From Vicugna vicugna (Eukaryota), in the NCBI GenBank assembly GCA_013265495.1, contig MU058718.1, positions 3,734,081-3,798,080 on the forward strand: DNA of 64,000 nt, written 5' to 3'. This document shows positions 25,291 to 39,028 of the stretch, one piece after another; the first letter of the stretch is position 1; each line of letters opens with the position of its first letter. The notes under the pieces are model-generated. The model searched no databases. It was not told the DNA's origin and saw only the letters and a list, made by a program, of their open reading frames with translations. Both the position numbers and the translations under genes were made by a program.

Positions 25291-26662
25291 CTTCATCTGT
25301 CAAATAGAGGTAATAATGGAACCCATCTCACAGGACGACTAAATGAGACTATATACATATGGTATTTTGGACAGTGCCTGACGCATGACACTATGTGAGC
25401 TATTCGATTTTAATTTTAATGGCCACATAATATTTTAATACATGGATAGACCACAGGTTTATTTTGCCATTCTCTTAGATGTTTTCCAGTTTTTCTAGTA
25501 TTGTAAGAAATGCATTGATAAACATCCTTCAAGCTGAGTATTTGCTCACATCCTGAAGAATTTTATCAGGGACTGTGTGTCCCAAATTAGAACAACCATT
25601 AGAATCATTTGAGAGGCTTTTAAAAGTACCGAATTCTTGGGCCCCACACCACACCTACTGAAACCAAAGTAAGAGTAGCCTTCATTTATTGACTGCCTAT
25701 TATAAGCCAACAACAATACCAGGAATTATACACATGGTATTTCATGCACTCCTGCAACAGCTCCAAGAGAGGTTATAATTTACTATTTGTTTAAAAAGAA
25801 ATACATAAAAATCACTTCCACCCCCATTTGACATTAAGCAATTTGCCCAAAGTCACACAGCCAGTATGGAAGAGCTAGCATTTAAACTTGGGACTTACTT
25901 CAAAACTCCTGCTGCACTGCCTCAAAGTTAAGTATAAAACATACAGTTTACAATCTGAGGCATTAAAACATTCTTTTATAAGTTAGATTAAGTTATACCT
26001 CAAATGTTAGTTTCCGGAAAAAAATGTAGAAGGCTGAGAAAAAAGAATGATATTTATGAAATTAGCTATCTTTAAATGTTCTTAGAGTTTATATCTTTGG
26101 GTTACTAACTGAATATTTTAGCCTTGTCCGTTAAAATTTACTGATATTTCTTTTAATTCTCTTTTAAACTACAGGTTCCTTTTTCATCCCCATTTTCCCT
26201 TTACAGTTTATCTGTTGAAGAACCTGGGAATTTGACCTGGAGAGTCTCCGTAACCTGGACCTTGCTGACTATATATTCAAAGGGCACTTCAACATGTCCT
26301 TTTGTCCTCTGGATGTCCTGCAAACTGGCAGCTGGATACAGAGGCTTAACCTTGCTCTGGTTTTATTTCTTTGGCAAGACTATAAGAAGCAGAGTGTTAT
26401 TTTATCAGGAAGCACACAGTATATTTCTCCTTTGGTGAAGCTATGTCATCTTTGCTTAACTGAAGCTTATTCTTTAGATTTCTCACTAAGGGCTCATGGG
26501 AACAACATCCTTTGCATTCTTATATGCTGAAAACAGTTTATGCCCTTTATATGTGAAAGTCAATTTTGCTGGGTATAAAAATCTTTGACTGAACATCTTT
26601 CCTTAAGTAGGGACACTTCTTAGTTTGCATCATGGCTATTTCTTGTTTCACTACAGTGGAAG

Positions 26663-26663
<1 letters not shown>

Positions 26664-26707
<44 letters not shown>

Positions 26708-26732
26708 TATGTGTGTGTGTGTGTGTGTGTGT
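26664..26732. repeat. Compound microsatellite, about (CT)20 then (GT)14
   Basis: Seen directly; it produces the spurious SLSL/RERE/THTH ORFs in the ORF track. Confidence 0.95.
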
Positions 26733-27194
26733 TTTCTGTGGATTCTTGTGGGGAGAGGAGAGATTCTTGTGGAGAGGAGAATTTTAAAATATCCATATAT
26801 ACTATCTTTAAATAGTCTCCTATCTTTAGATAGATGTCCATTCTTGTCAATATTTTTGTCAAAATAAAATACGATAATTTGTATTAAGAACACTTCTGCC
26901 TAAAACATGCATTTTGAAAATGGAGGTCAGTTAAGAAGCAACTTTTGCAAAATAGAGGTTCATCGAACCAGGATAAATGAAACCAAGTATGTGGATTTGG
27001 CTGTATTTTGCATTTTTCTTGGGAAAGTTTAGTTTCATGTCTTAGTCTTTTTCACTGGGCATCTTCCCAAGTCAACATAATGAGGACCATGTGTAGAACA
27101 GGATCAAATATGAAGTCTTATTTTCTTAAATTAGCAATCTATATTCTATCTACCTATAGTGTCAGATTCCAAGTTCCCTGCCTAATGCTCCCAT

Positions 27195-27390
27195 CCAGCG
27201 ATGTGCTGGTGTAAACTGGTTCTCCAAGAAAACATGCCTTGATTTGTAGCATTTGACAACTTCTGTGGTGCAAATAAGGCCCCCATGGCTAATTTCAAGC
27301 TACTAATGATTTAATAATTGGCTTACACAATCCCTAAATATTTACTAGTTAGCTCTCAAAGTGGAGGAGCCAGGTACAGTATACCTACTG
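27195..27390 (-). mobile_element. hAT-Blackjack fossil (MER63A-like)
   Basis: gatttgtagcattt...ttctgtggtgcaaata...atggctaatttcaagctact is the reverse complement of the copy at 32050-32241. Confidence 0.6.
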
Positions 27391-30104
27391 GCCCCATCCC
27401 CTCCCAAAATAATTTGTATCCTTTACATTTATCCTGTATGGAATTCTATGAATCTAAGTCCTTATTTCAAAAGTCATCCACTTTTCCACTGCTGAATCTT
27501 GTTTTGTTCATAAGTATAGGCAGAGATGAAAACATCAAGAATACAAATTACCCTAATGTACTCAGGTAAAAATATCTGAAGTCATAAAAACGTTTTAAAA
27601 ATAAATTAAAGCCAGTCAGGCAACTGGGGCAAATGATGAACCTATGCTGTGCAGATCCTACAAATGATCCTATTTTTTAAATCATGAAAAACATTATAAC
27701 CTTTGTTAACTTCTCTTTGGAGACTATATCCTTCAGGAAATTATTCAAAAGGAGTGTTATAGCAATACTATGAGTTATAGTGAAAAATGGGGAAAAAATT
27801 CAAATGCTCAACAACTGGGAATGGCTATACAAATTATGGCATATTAATATGATAATATATTATGTAGCTATTAATATTAACAAGTATATGGAATATATCA
27901 ATACATGAGTTGATTATGTCAGTATAAAAGAGCTGACATGAAATAACGTTACTTGAAATATAATGCTAAATTTATGCGCACATCCATTATAAATATGTGA
28001 AGATACTCCCAAACTCCCAGGAAAATCTGTTCTAGGGCCATGCAGCCAGTAAAGAACTGGTTTTAACCTGTTTAAGCAGTCAATTTCAGTTCTAATTTCA
28101 GTTTCAGGTAATAAGTAAACACAGAACTTGTTTTAAACCCATCTAATTAATTAACAATTCACTTCAGTCAACAGCCCACTGAAAGCCAACCAGTGACAGC
28201 TTCATACTTTAAAAGTCAGCTAAGTAGTAGAAGACTCATTCCAGAAAATTAACTGAGGCTCATGTCAACCCATTTCTAATCTCTACAACCAATATAAAAC
28301 ATGCTTCTGTATTAAAAAAATAATAAAACAAAAAGTACTCAAAAATTGATGTCAACCCATCCTTGTCTCTGAAACCATGCAAATCCAAAACAAATAAGCC
28401 CTTAAATCCTACATATAATCATTAGTTTGCTCAATGAGACTATGCCTCACAAGCATAGCTCTTATATTTAATTAAGTAATAAATTCAGCTTTGGTTTTCG
28501 TATCAGATTTTGAGTGATGGTGTCATCCTTTGGCAATTCTGGAAGTCCCACCAAGATAGTTTTGAACTTGCTCACTTGGCAGCATCCCCTATGACACTCA
28601 GACTAACATGTGCATTCTCCTTGTCCCTTGTCCCCAAATTCCATTTGTCCTTCAAATTTACTTCCAGTTGGATGTGTCTCAACAATTATCTGATCTGAGT
28701 TCTGATTTGTTTCACTGTGCTCTTATTGCTGATTAATTTGTCATTCTAGGATTTTTGTTATAAAGACCCATTGGGATCATTAGTTCTAAGTCTTTGTATT
28801 GGGTAATTCAACTTTTAGTTTTGGAAGGACATTCATTGGATAAATAATTATACCTCAGTTTTGCATCAGGTTATTAGAACTTCTGGTTTTGAGAGATGCC
28901 ATTCAGTAAATATTTTTGCCATTAATCTGTTTATGATTTTGCAGTTTGCTTTGTCTTCCTTTGTTTGACAATTCATACAAAGTCTTGTCTCATGTATTTT
29001 GTTTTGTCTTGAATTGTCTTGTGTTGCTGAAAGTGTAAGGAAGTGTCCATAAGGAACAGATAGAGGCACAGACCTAAGCCTCCAGACCAATCAAGATACC
29101 CTCTTGAAAGACTATGGTTGGAGGTCTGTTAAACTGGCAACAAATTTATACCAAAGTAATTAGCCAAATTTTGCCTTGGGTATTCTACAAAACTCTCAAG
29201 AGGACACTCTCAGTCTTGTCAATTTGTGTGTCACTTTATTTAGTCCATAATACAGGATCAATGACTGTTAGATTATTGATTGTACAGCACTGTTTCAACC
29301 TCTGCTTGTTTGGGAAACCAAATGCTTTTCATAAGCACATAATTTGACCAATTTGTCTATAATTACTATAATGAACATTAATTTGAGCCACATTAAGAAA
29401 CATATTTGGCACAGTGCCTGGGACAAAATGATAAACTGTTATTATTATGTAGGTCTTCTAGACATTTCATGTACCTAAATGTGGACAGTTGGGAGAATCC
29501 TGGTCTGTACCACTGACCTCATTCTGTGTCCAGATGAATATTCTATTCTAATTCATACAGTTCTCAGATCACTTAAATTGCTCTCTGGACAGAACGTGGG
29601 ATAAAGAAGCTTTCCCAGACAGCTGTCTTTCTCCTCAGCACTACTACCAACATATCTTCTCCTTTCATTTTCAGCCCAAGCAGCCAAACAACAGCCTCTC
29701 ATTTTCTCAGTGAAATCATGGATTTCTCTGGTGTGACTTGGCAGTTACAGCCATCACAGATACTTGACAAATGACGTTTTGTTTCAAAGTAGCTGAAATC
29801 ACTATCAAAGAATTTTATTCTGTAGATGAACATTCTTAAATCATGGGAATAAAGAGTCCTTAAGCATAATTAATAATTCCTAATTTTCCATATGTAGGCT
29901 CAATTTGAATGGGAAATTGTGAGACACAGGTTTCTCCTAATGTAACAGGTACATTATCATATGCTTCCTCTACTGTTATTTTCTAGCAAACTTCAGTTTA
30001 ACCTTAAGACTGGCATGGACTGACCTGCTCACTATTACGTCTCCACTGAAAGGAGCATGAAGAATTGAGTTTCACTCTAATCTCACAAAGAGAACTCAGA
30101 TCTT

Positions 30105-30270
30105 TTTTTCCAGTTTTACTGAGATATAACTGTCATTTAACACATTGTGTACATTTAAAGTCCACAACGTGATGATTCTACATATGTATATTTTGTGAAA
30201 AGATGACCACAATCAGGTTAGTGAACACCTCCATCACCTCACATACTTACCATTTGTGTGTGTGTAGGTG
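30105..30270 (-). mobile_element. L1 3' end fragment
   Basis: ttttactgagatataactg...tgaccacaatcaggttagtgaacacctccatcacctcacat. Confidence 0.65.
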
Positions 30271-32049
30271 GTGAGTCAAATCTATTTCTAAGGCCTAAGA
30301 TGTTGGTGGGCCTTTAAGCGTATAAAAATGGTTACTGAAAATGCTCTGGATAAAAACTGTGATGAATTAATCTAGAAGGTGGAGTACTTAATACTGGGGA
30401 GATGAAAGAGAAGAGAATAAATATAACTAATCTTAAAACACATGCTCAAGAATAAGGCTTCTAAGAGAAGGGAATTCAAGTTTACATGCAGGAAAATTTT
30501 TTCAGGGTTTATCCTTCTTCCTCTTGCAGGCAAATCTTAATTTACTAACTACCTGTACATAGAAATATGCATAGAAATGGTATTCTATCTCTTGCTACCA
30601 GAACCTCCCCTACCATATGCCCTCTGCCAGGTGTGCTCAGTTGCTAATTCAGTCTGCAAATGTTATGTGCTTAAGAATGACCTGGAGAGTGCCAATTCCC
30701 TGGTCCCAAATGCAAGGATTTGATTCAACAGAACTCAGAAACCTAATAAGCTCACCAGGTAATTCTAATCTAGGTGCATATAAAATCTTGCTCTGTGTCT
30801 GTCACCAAGGGTGCAGATCTCATTAACACTCATCCCTTCTGTGTTAGCCACACAACCTAAATACTGCCAGTAATCTCACCAGTCTATTTCAGGGCTCCAT
30901 GCCGCAGAGAGGTCCAGGAATAATTGGATATATTCAGGGCTCTGGATAAAGGGACCAGGGTTCAGGAACAGTGTGGCTAGTATTTAAACTTACTACAGAT
31001 TAGACAGGCTTTTGTAGACTGGCTTATAAGGATACCTACCATACAGAAATGCCACTGGGAAATGCAGGCATCTAAAAAATTGGCTCAAGGGAGTACCAAG
31101 AATATACTTTAGTAAATTGGGGGATGTTTCCATTTCTTTGTAGCCCATATAGTAAGAGGACATGAAATGGTTAAATGGCAAACTTCTGGGTTGCTCCAGC
31201 CAAAGGGCACATTTAATGGTGTAATAACACAGAGGCTTCTTAGAGTTCACGTTCCAGCATACTGGGGAATCTGTTTTCAGTGCAGGCCCAACAGCAAACT
31301 TACTGTTATCACCACATTATAGAAACAAGTGAAAAACCCTCTCCACCACCTCAGCCCGGCAGATTTAAGAGGACATGAGTGAAAAGCACACAAAGAAAGC
31401 TGTAGAGCCATGCAAATGAAAAATGAGCCTTTCCCAGGGTAAGAAGTAACTAGTGGCCAACCACGTAGCATAGGGCATTAGAAGATGATTGTCTGGCTTG
31501 GTTGAAAAAGTCTATAAATGAAACAGTTCATTTAAAGAGAACTTCAAATAATATCTAACAACCTAAAAAATTCCTACAATTAGTAATAAGGATTCTGACC
31601 CAAGGATGTAATCATCTCAGAGTAGAGGTATGTCACGCCAGGTGTGCCTTGTACGAGTCCAAATGACCAAAGAAGAAAAATTCATAGACCCAAGTAGAGA
31701 CAAATCTCCTACTCCAACTGATGAGATATTTTCACCAGGTCCTTAGAGCAAATGGGAAATTATTATCTAAAGTTCTTGTCAGATATGCCTGGGTATTCCA
31801 CACCATTATGTTTAAATTAATGGAAATGTATTCATGCTCAACCAAACCTCTTGAAGACCTATGGTAGAGAAGCTAAAGAACCTAGTTATTTATAGAATAG
31901 TTACTGATGAGGTTGCTCCTGCTGGATTATTATTCTTAAAATTCAAGTGCCCATAGTGAGCAAAACAAGTGAGAAAATAAGTAACGTCACCTAGAGAATG
32001 CTATGTCCTAATACGGGTTACACTTCTTGAGTGTATTAAATAGTTCAGA

Positions 32050-32241
32050 ATTGGCTCTATGGGCTCACCAGGAAGAGTTATTAAAATTAGAGAAATTTTA
32101 CAAGTCAGGTGACATCATGTTGGTAGCTTGAAACTGGCCATTGTGAAAGTGTTTACACCACAGAAATGAGTAAATGCTACAAATCAGCTCCATCTCCCCC
32201 TCTTCCCCAGCTAGTTGTAAACATTTACCAGCACACCACTG
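32050..32241 (+). mobile_element. hAT-Blackjack fossil (MER63A-like)
   Basis: gacatcatgttggtagcttgaaactggccat...tttacaccacagaaat...gctacaaatcag...aacatttaccagcacaccactg, ending in the terminal inverted repeat. Confidence 0.7.
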
Positions 32242-32686
32242 CCTTCACTTTACACCTCAAAACTTTTTTAAAGCTGAATTCACTTAGCTTTTAGTTCTCT
32301 TTTTAAAAACATAGTTTTAAAATACAGTGACAGGTATTTTGTTTGCTTGGTATAAATTGACTTTTGGTTGAAGAATCAAAGTAGCCCGTTAATTCAGCTA
32401 TTCGTTTCATTGGCTAGTTGCCCTCACTTTTGCTGCCTGAGATAGAGCTTGTTTATTATTTATAACTTCACTGTTTCAGAGTTAAGAATTCTTCTGTTTT
32501 AAACTTGTTAAATTTACTTTTAGTACAAATTACTATTTTTAAAATTTCATGGTCCCTCACCTTATTTTCTCGGGCAATATTTAAAATCTCTCCACAATTT
32601 TATCCAAATAAATAAAGCTGCTATCTTCTCAGACAGAGGAAGAGGACAGAAAGAGTGACCTGCTAAAAAAGTTTACTGAATTAGTT

Positions 32687-32802
32687 GGGAGGGTAAAGCT
32701 CAGTGGTAGGGTGCATGCCTAGCATGCATGAGGTCCTGGGTTCAATCCCCAGTGTCTCCATTAAAAAATATATAAACCTGATTATCTCCACCCACCAGGA
32801 AA
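32687..32802 (+). mobile_element. tRNA-derived SINE (camelid Vic-1-like)
   Basis: gggagggtaaagctcagtggtagggtgcatgcctagcatgcatgaggtcctgggttcaatccccag; flanking aaaaaagttta(c/t)tga TSD. Confidence 0.9.
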
Positions 32803-33285
32803 AAAAAAGTTTATTGATCTAGACTTTCATTTAAAAGTTGTTTTAATTTGGAATTTTTTCTCTCCACGCTTTTCCTAATTTCAGTGTGAATTATTTTGCT
32901 ATCTTAAATGCTGTTCTGAGACGAATATATTTGCATTTTATCTCAATTTCATGCTGTGTAGTATTTTTTGTTTTGAATTTGGTTGCTTTAATCTTAAGTA
33001 TTACTAAATAGCTTTGGAAGCCACTTTTGCTACTTACTGAGTTTCTCATTTCAATTCCAGACACTTAGATGTACAAGTCCAAACTTGTTTAGGAGTCACT
33101 GTTGACTCATTCAGTCAAAATTTTTTCTTTTCGCTGATATTTTATAATGTCAACCGTTTACCAATAAGTGATGCTCTCTTAAAGTTTTTTCAGCAGCTTG
33201 TTTTCAGTTCACTGTGGGTTGTTTTTGTTTTGTTTTGTTTTTGTCTTTTACCAAAGGCAGTAACTCTGTTTGCCTGCTTATCCAT

Positions 33286-33318
33286 CTACCTACCTACCTA
33301 CCTGCCTACCTACCTACT
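33286..33318. repeat. (CTAC)n tetranucleotide repeat
   Basis: ctacctacctacctacctgcctacctacctac, seen directly. Confidence 0.85.
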
Positions 33319-33799
33319 TAACAGAGCACTTGGTCTCTTGGTTTCAGTTTATCTAGCAAAGTGTAAGATGCAGTGACACCTGCTGGTAAGACTTAAAATC
33401 CCTCTCCAGAATTTACTATGGAGTTAGCCAATCTATGACAGTAAGTCCTGAGGTAACAAGTTCAGAGAAGAGAAAAATCAAAGCAAATAGCCTAATTACC
33501 ATACAACAGTTCAACTATCAACTTGACAAATTATTTTTAAAAAAGACAACAGAGTCTAATAGGTATTGTAAATCACATAGATGGTTGTAAGCAGGGGCTG
33601 GTTTTATTCTACCTTACCTCCTCTCCCCATCTGCTTTTCCAGACCTCAAAGGAGAGATTCATACTCTTTCACTCACAACACACCAGCATCTTTCCATGCA
33701 AAGGTCCTTTTCTTGCATTACTTTATCAAATTTTTTCCCAGATCTTCACTCCCAGTCAACTGTCTACTCTCAACCACACCTACTCTAACATATATTAAT

Positions 33800-36700
33800 T
33801 TGCATATGTAGAGAGTTTTAAATAATCACAAATAGTATCATGTTACAGATCTCAGACTTTTTTCCTACTTAATTCAATATAAATTTTAACACTCTATTCA
33901 TGCTACTCTATATACTTTGGGTTCATTGCCTTTGGATGTTGCAAAATATTTTAGAGTATGCTTTTCACCATATTTTATGAATGTATTTGTCTCTTTCAGA
34001 ATATCATATAATTGGAATCATACAGTGTATAGCCTTTTCAGATTGGCTTTTGTTTAGTAATATGCATTTAAGGTTTTTCCATGTCTTTTCATGGCAGACA
34101 GCTCGTGTCTTTTTTAGTGCTGAGTGATATTCCACCATCTGGATATACCACAGTTTATATATACATTCACCTACTGAAGGACATCTTGGTTGCTTCCAAT
34201 TTCTGGCAATTATGTATAAAGCTACTACAAATAACTCTGTGTAGATTTTGTGTGAATATGAGTTTTCAACTCCCTTGGGTAAATACCAAAGAGCTCGATC
34301 ATTCGATTGTATGGTATGAGTATGTTAAGTTTTGTAAGGAATCACCAAACTATCTTCCAAAGTGGCTATACCATTTTGCATTTCTATGTATGAGAGTTCT
34401 TGTTGTTCCACACCCTTACTTGTGGAGCATTAGGTGTTGTCAGTGCTCTGAAAATTTGGCCATTCTAATAGGCTTGTAGTAGTTCCTTTGCCTATTTTTG
34501 ATGGGCATCCAAGTCTTATTTGCAAAAACTTCCTTTCATATTCTATATATTAATCCCCTGTTGACTCTTGACATTGTCAGTATCTTCTGCCAATCCATTC
34601 ACTTTGCTCATAGAGTTTTTTGATAAATGGAAGTGCTCTATTTTGATACAGTAACACCCATCAATTTTTTACCACATTTTTGGGGGGGGGTCTTAGTGAA
34701 TAAGTGTTTCTTCGCCCCAGTTCAGAAAGATATTCTCCAATATTTTATTCTAATAACTTTATAGTTTTAACTTTCACATTTAGTTCCTTAATCCAATTGG
34801 AGCTTACTTCCATAATGTTGTTTAGTAGAAATCCAAATTTTTCTTCAAAAAGTAGATAGTTTTCCAAATCCTACCTATTAGTCCATCCATTTCCCACTTT
34901 TTGATATGACCTCTACTGAATGCCAGGCTTCCATCTATACGGGAATATATGTGAACTCTGTTTAGTTCCTCTGGGCTTTTTTCTTTTATCTGTGCAGAAT
35001 CATACCATTTTCATTGCTATGGTTTTCTAGTATGTATTCAATTCTCCAATTTGGATTTTCTTTTTAAAAACTGACTTAAAAGAGAACTTAATTTTCCACA
35101 TAAGTTATAGAAAAATGAGTTGACTTTCTCAAAAAATCCTGTTGTAGTTTTAATTGGAATTGCACTGAGCATACTGATTAACTTGGGAGAATTAAATTCT
35201 CCACAACATTAAATCATCCCATGTGGAATCATATTATAACTCTGTTTTATATAAATTTTCCTTGATCTTTAATAAAGCTCTGAAAATATTTGCTCCATAA
35301 AGGTCTTTATATTTTGGATTTTGGTAGTTAACCATCAAAGGTTTTTTTTTTTTTTTTGCTATTGTAAATGGTATACTTTTAAAAAACTTAATGTTTGCTA
35401 GTTGGTAATTGCCGGCTTTGAGACATACTACTGATTTTTTTTAAAAGATCTTAAAATTTTGTGATATCACACCTACAAAATAACATATGTAACATATATG
35501 TATGTTATTAAGTACATTAATGAAATGAACACGTGACAATCCACAAACCCACCTAAATAATTGAACGTATCAGTAACATTGAAGGTTTCTTTGTGTTCTT
35601 CCCTGATGCATCCTCATTTCTCTCCATTGGTAACCACTATCCTAAATTTTGCTTCAGTATAGCTGTATAACATATGTATATGTGTTCTTCAACAATATGC
35701 TCTTTAGTTCAGTTTTGCTCATTTCTGAACTGTATAAAAATGCTATCATACTGCCTCTTTGAGAAGCAACTAGTTTTTTTCACTCCACATTATGTTTTTA
35801 AGATCAATTCATCTTGAAGCATGAGGCTTTTATCTATGGTCTTTCTTTTATTTTCTTTAGGGTTCTTCTGTTGTTTTTTTCTCTTGGCTTGTGCTTATAT
35901 CATTAATTTTCTTCCTTTCTTCTTCTCTAGTATAAACTTTTAGGGCTGTATTTTTTCCTCCAAGTGCTAGTTTCACTATAGCATTTAATTTCCAACATAT
36001 ACCATTTTTAAAAATCATTCTGTTCTTAGTATTTTCAAATTTTTATTATGATTTTGACTTGAACCATGATTTTTGAAAGATAAATATTTAAATTTCCAAA
36101 ATATGCTTTTTTAAATGAGCACTTTCTTATTTACTTTTAACTAAATTATCCTATAGTCACAGAATGAAGTCAGTATAAATTCAATCCTTTGGAATTTGTG
36201 GAGACCTCCTTTGCAGCTTAGTGTGTGATAAATTTTTGCTAATGCATCTAAGTGCTTAAGTGCAATGTATTCTTTGTTAGGTACAGTATATTATACATGT
36301 CCAATAAAGCAAGTTTGATAACCCTATTTCATATCTTCTCTATCTTTACCAATTTTTTGTTCACTTGACCTATCATTAGTTAGGAGAGCTGTGTTTGAAT
36401 GAATTTACCTGTCTCCCCTTATGGGTCTATCAAATTTTTTTCTTTACATAGTTTGAGGCTATTTGACATACAAATTTGGAATTCTTACATCTTCCAGGTG
36501 AAGTGAGCTTATTATCATTATAAACTTTTTTATTCTAAATAATTCTTAGTGACTTGAAGTCTCACATTAATATAACTACTCAATTTTTCACTTAGTGTCT
36601 GGTATATTCTTTTCCAAAGTTTTATCTTCAAATGAACACATTATTACATTTTAAATGTTTCTCATAAATAACACATAGCTGGACTTTTCATTTTTATAGG

Positions 36701-37450
36701 AACTGATCATCTCTTTTAACGGGTGACTTAAATCTATTTGTACTTATTGAAATCATGAATATATTTGGACTTATCTTTACCACTTTGCTTTGTGCTTTCT
36801 TTTTGTTCCTCTTTTTCCTCATTTCTCTTTTCTTTCTTCTTGTCCTCTTTAGTATGACTGCAATATTTACTTGTTTTATCTGTTTGTTTGCTTTTTCCTA
36901 ATACCATTTCCCCCTCTACTGTTCTGGGTGCAATATACTCTAGTTCTGTTATTCTTGTGGTAACCCTTAAACTTTTGATGATCACATATAATTTTTTAAG
37001 TTTAGGTAATTTTAATACTCCTCCTGATTAATGCAAGGACCAAAACTTACATGCTATTTTGTCCAGTGTTTTGGTTCTATCTTTTTTAACTGCTATAAAT
37101 TAGAAATTATTATTGCATTTATAATGTTTGTTTACATATTTACCAATTTGTTTACTCACAGCTCTTTCCTATATTATTAAGAAACAGCCTTTTATCTTTA
37201 GTAATTTTTTTTCCTTAAAATTTATTTATTTTGATATATAGGTACATTAGCTTTCTTTTGACTTAGGTTTACATGCTACTCATCCCTTCACCCATCTTGC
37301 CTCAGATCTCAACAATTTTTTACCATCTTATTGATATTCTTTCATTCAAACAAATTTTTAATTTTCTATCGAGTTGTTTTGATTATTGTCAGGAAGACGG
37401 TCAATCGAAATTATCTAGTCTATTACTGGAAACATTAGACATTCATCCCT
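33800..37450 (-). mobile_element. Cluster of old L1M fragments (boundaries approximate)
   Basis: T-rich antisense L1 motifs such as ttggaatcatacagtgtatagccttttcagattggctt, ccaaactatcttccaaagtggctataccattttgcatt and ttttaattggaattgcactga. Confidence 0.7.
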
Positions 37451-37474
37451 TATTTCTTTAAAAATATTTAATAT

Positions 37475-37970
37475 GCCCATCTGTTAGTTTGCCTCCAAGA
37501 CAGCTCCCAAGATCCCTGTCTCCTGGTATTCCCCACCTTTGTTTTTCTCCTCTCACAGTACGCCCGGGTTGGTCTATATGACCAACAGAATTTGGCAGAA
37601 CTGATGGTGTCTTCACTTCCAAGATGGGGTTAGAAAAGATTGCAGCCTCTCTCTTGGCTGCTTCCTCTGGTGATAGGATCATTTGTTCTGGGGGAAGCCT
37701 GTTGTGAGCAGCCCAAAGGAAAGGTCCATGTGGTGAAAACTAAAGCCTCCTGCCAACAGCCATGTGACTGAGCTTGAACGTGGATCCTCTAGTCAAGTCT
37801 TAAGAGCGTGTCTCCCTAGCCAACATCTTGAGCACAACTTCATGAGAGACTGAGCCAAAAGCACCCAGGCTAAGCCACTCCAGATTCATGCCCCTCAAAA
37901 AATATTTGAGATAATAAACGTTCATAGTTTTAGGGTGATTTGTCATGCAGTAATAAATAACTAGTACAGC
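37475..37970 (+). mobile_element. MaLR solo LTR (MLT1F-like)
   Basis: aagcctcctgccaacagccatgtgactgagcttg...tcatgagagactgagcca...gctaagccactcccagattc...gagataataaa...catgcagtaataaataactagtaca. Confidence 0.8.
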
Positions 37971-38756
37971 TCACTTTAAATTACTTGTCATCTGAGTCAT
38001 TAATTCTACTTTGCCCTTCATCAGTTGTTCACTTTCCTGGTATGCTCTCATTCCCCTCAGGGTATGATCCATCTTGGTTAGTGATGTGTATCTGCAGGGA
38101 GGGGTTGAATTCCAGGGCCCCCTCCAATAAGCCTAGGCTGAAGCCATCATACTTCAGGTAGATAGTCTTTGGTGTTTAAATCTGTACCTGTTCTCTGTAT
38201 TATTTTTAAGAGTTATTTGACTTGGTGATATGCTACCAGTTCTTGGTATATAAAGAGGTTAAGGGCAGGAGGAACACTAAAGGGTCAGACAGTCTGCTTA
38301 TACCACTCAGTCCAAGCTCAGATATTGCCCTGATGTTCTTCTACGGTCCCCAGCAGAGGCTCAGCTTGTTGCTGTTCTGATCCTCAGTGCAATGGAGCAG
38401 GTAATGGTTCACATAGGTCCGCGCATAGTAAAGAAACAGACACCTTCCAAAAACTTGCCCTTACCCAATATCCTGTCTCTGGTGCTCGGCCAGGTTTTGC
38501 CATGACTTGGAACTACCTTCTATTACCCCAGGAGTCTTGTCTATGTTTAGCTTTTATGTTTTACAAAGTACAAAGTCATCAATTTGGTTTCTACGACATC
38601 TCTAAGGAAGGGTTCAGGGGGAAAATTTCTTGCAGGAACCAAGATACCTAATTCATATTTTTATTTCCACATTAAAAACATAATTTGTTAAATTTTTACT
38701 TTCCCATTTCTGTCTCCTCCTTTGAATCAAATAGCATTAAACAGGTATTCAAAACT

Positions 38757-38772
38757 GCATTTCTTGAATAAA

Positions 38773-38812
<40 letters not shown>

Positions 38813-38857
38813 ACGCATTTCTTGAATAAAAAGAAAGAAAGAAAGAAAGAAAGAAAC
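38757..38857. repeat. Tandem duplication of a unique flank plus (AAAG)n
   Basis: gcatttcttgaataaaaag(aaag)n occurs at 38757-38814 and again at 38815-38857. Confidence 0.9.
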
Positions 38858-38938
38858 ATGACCATCTCAATTAACATACCTGGTTATAGTCTTCAGGAAA
38901 GAATTATAAGAATTTATCAACATTTTACACCCACTCAC

Positions 38939-38995
38939 CTGAAATGGCTTCAGAAACGTTTCCTCCATTGCCAGCCTGCCATACTCTGTGAACAG
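38939..38995 (-). CDS. ATL1: ATL1 exon 6
   Basis: ttctag|CTG...CAG|gtgagt; 57 nt; LFTEYGRLAMEETFLKPFQ. Confidence 0.96.
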
Positions 38996-39008
38996 CTAGA
39001 AGGATAAC

Positions 39009-39028
39009 CACACACACACACACACACA
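39009..39028. repeat. (CA)10, read as (TG)10 on the ATL1 strand
   Basis: Seen directly; positions -33 to -14 of the ATL1 exon 6 acceptor. Confidence 0.95.

Noticed and set aside
26620..26893. ORFs with RERE, SLSL and THTH runs
   Set aside because: Translations of the (CT)n(GT)n microsatellite.
32687..32760. tRNA-like sequence with A and B boxes (also 6715-6787 and 51570-51635)
   Set aside because: Has A-rich tails and TSDs and lacks a proper acceptor stem, so these are SINEs rather than tRNA genes.
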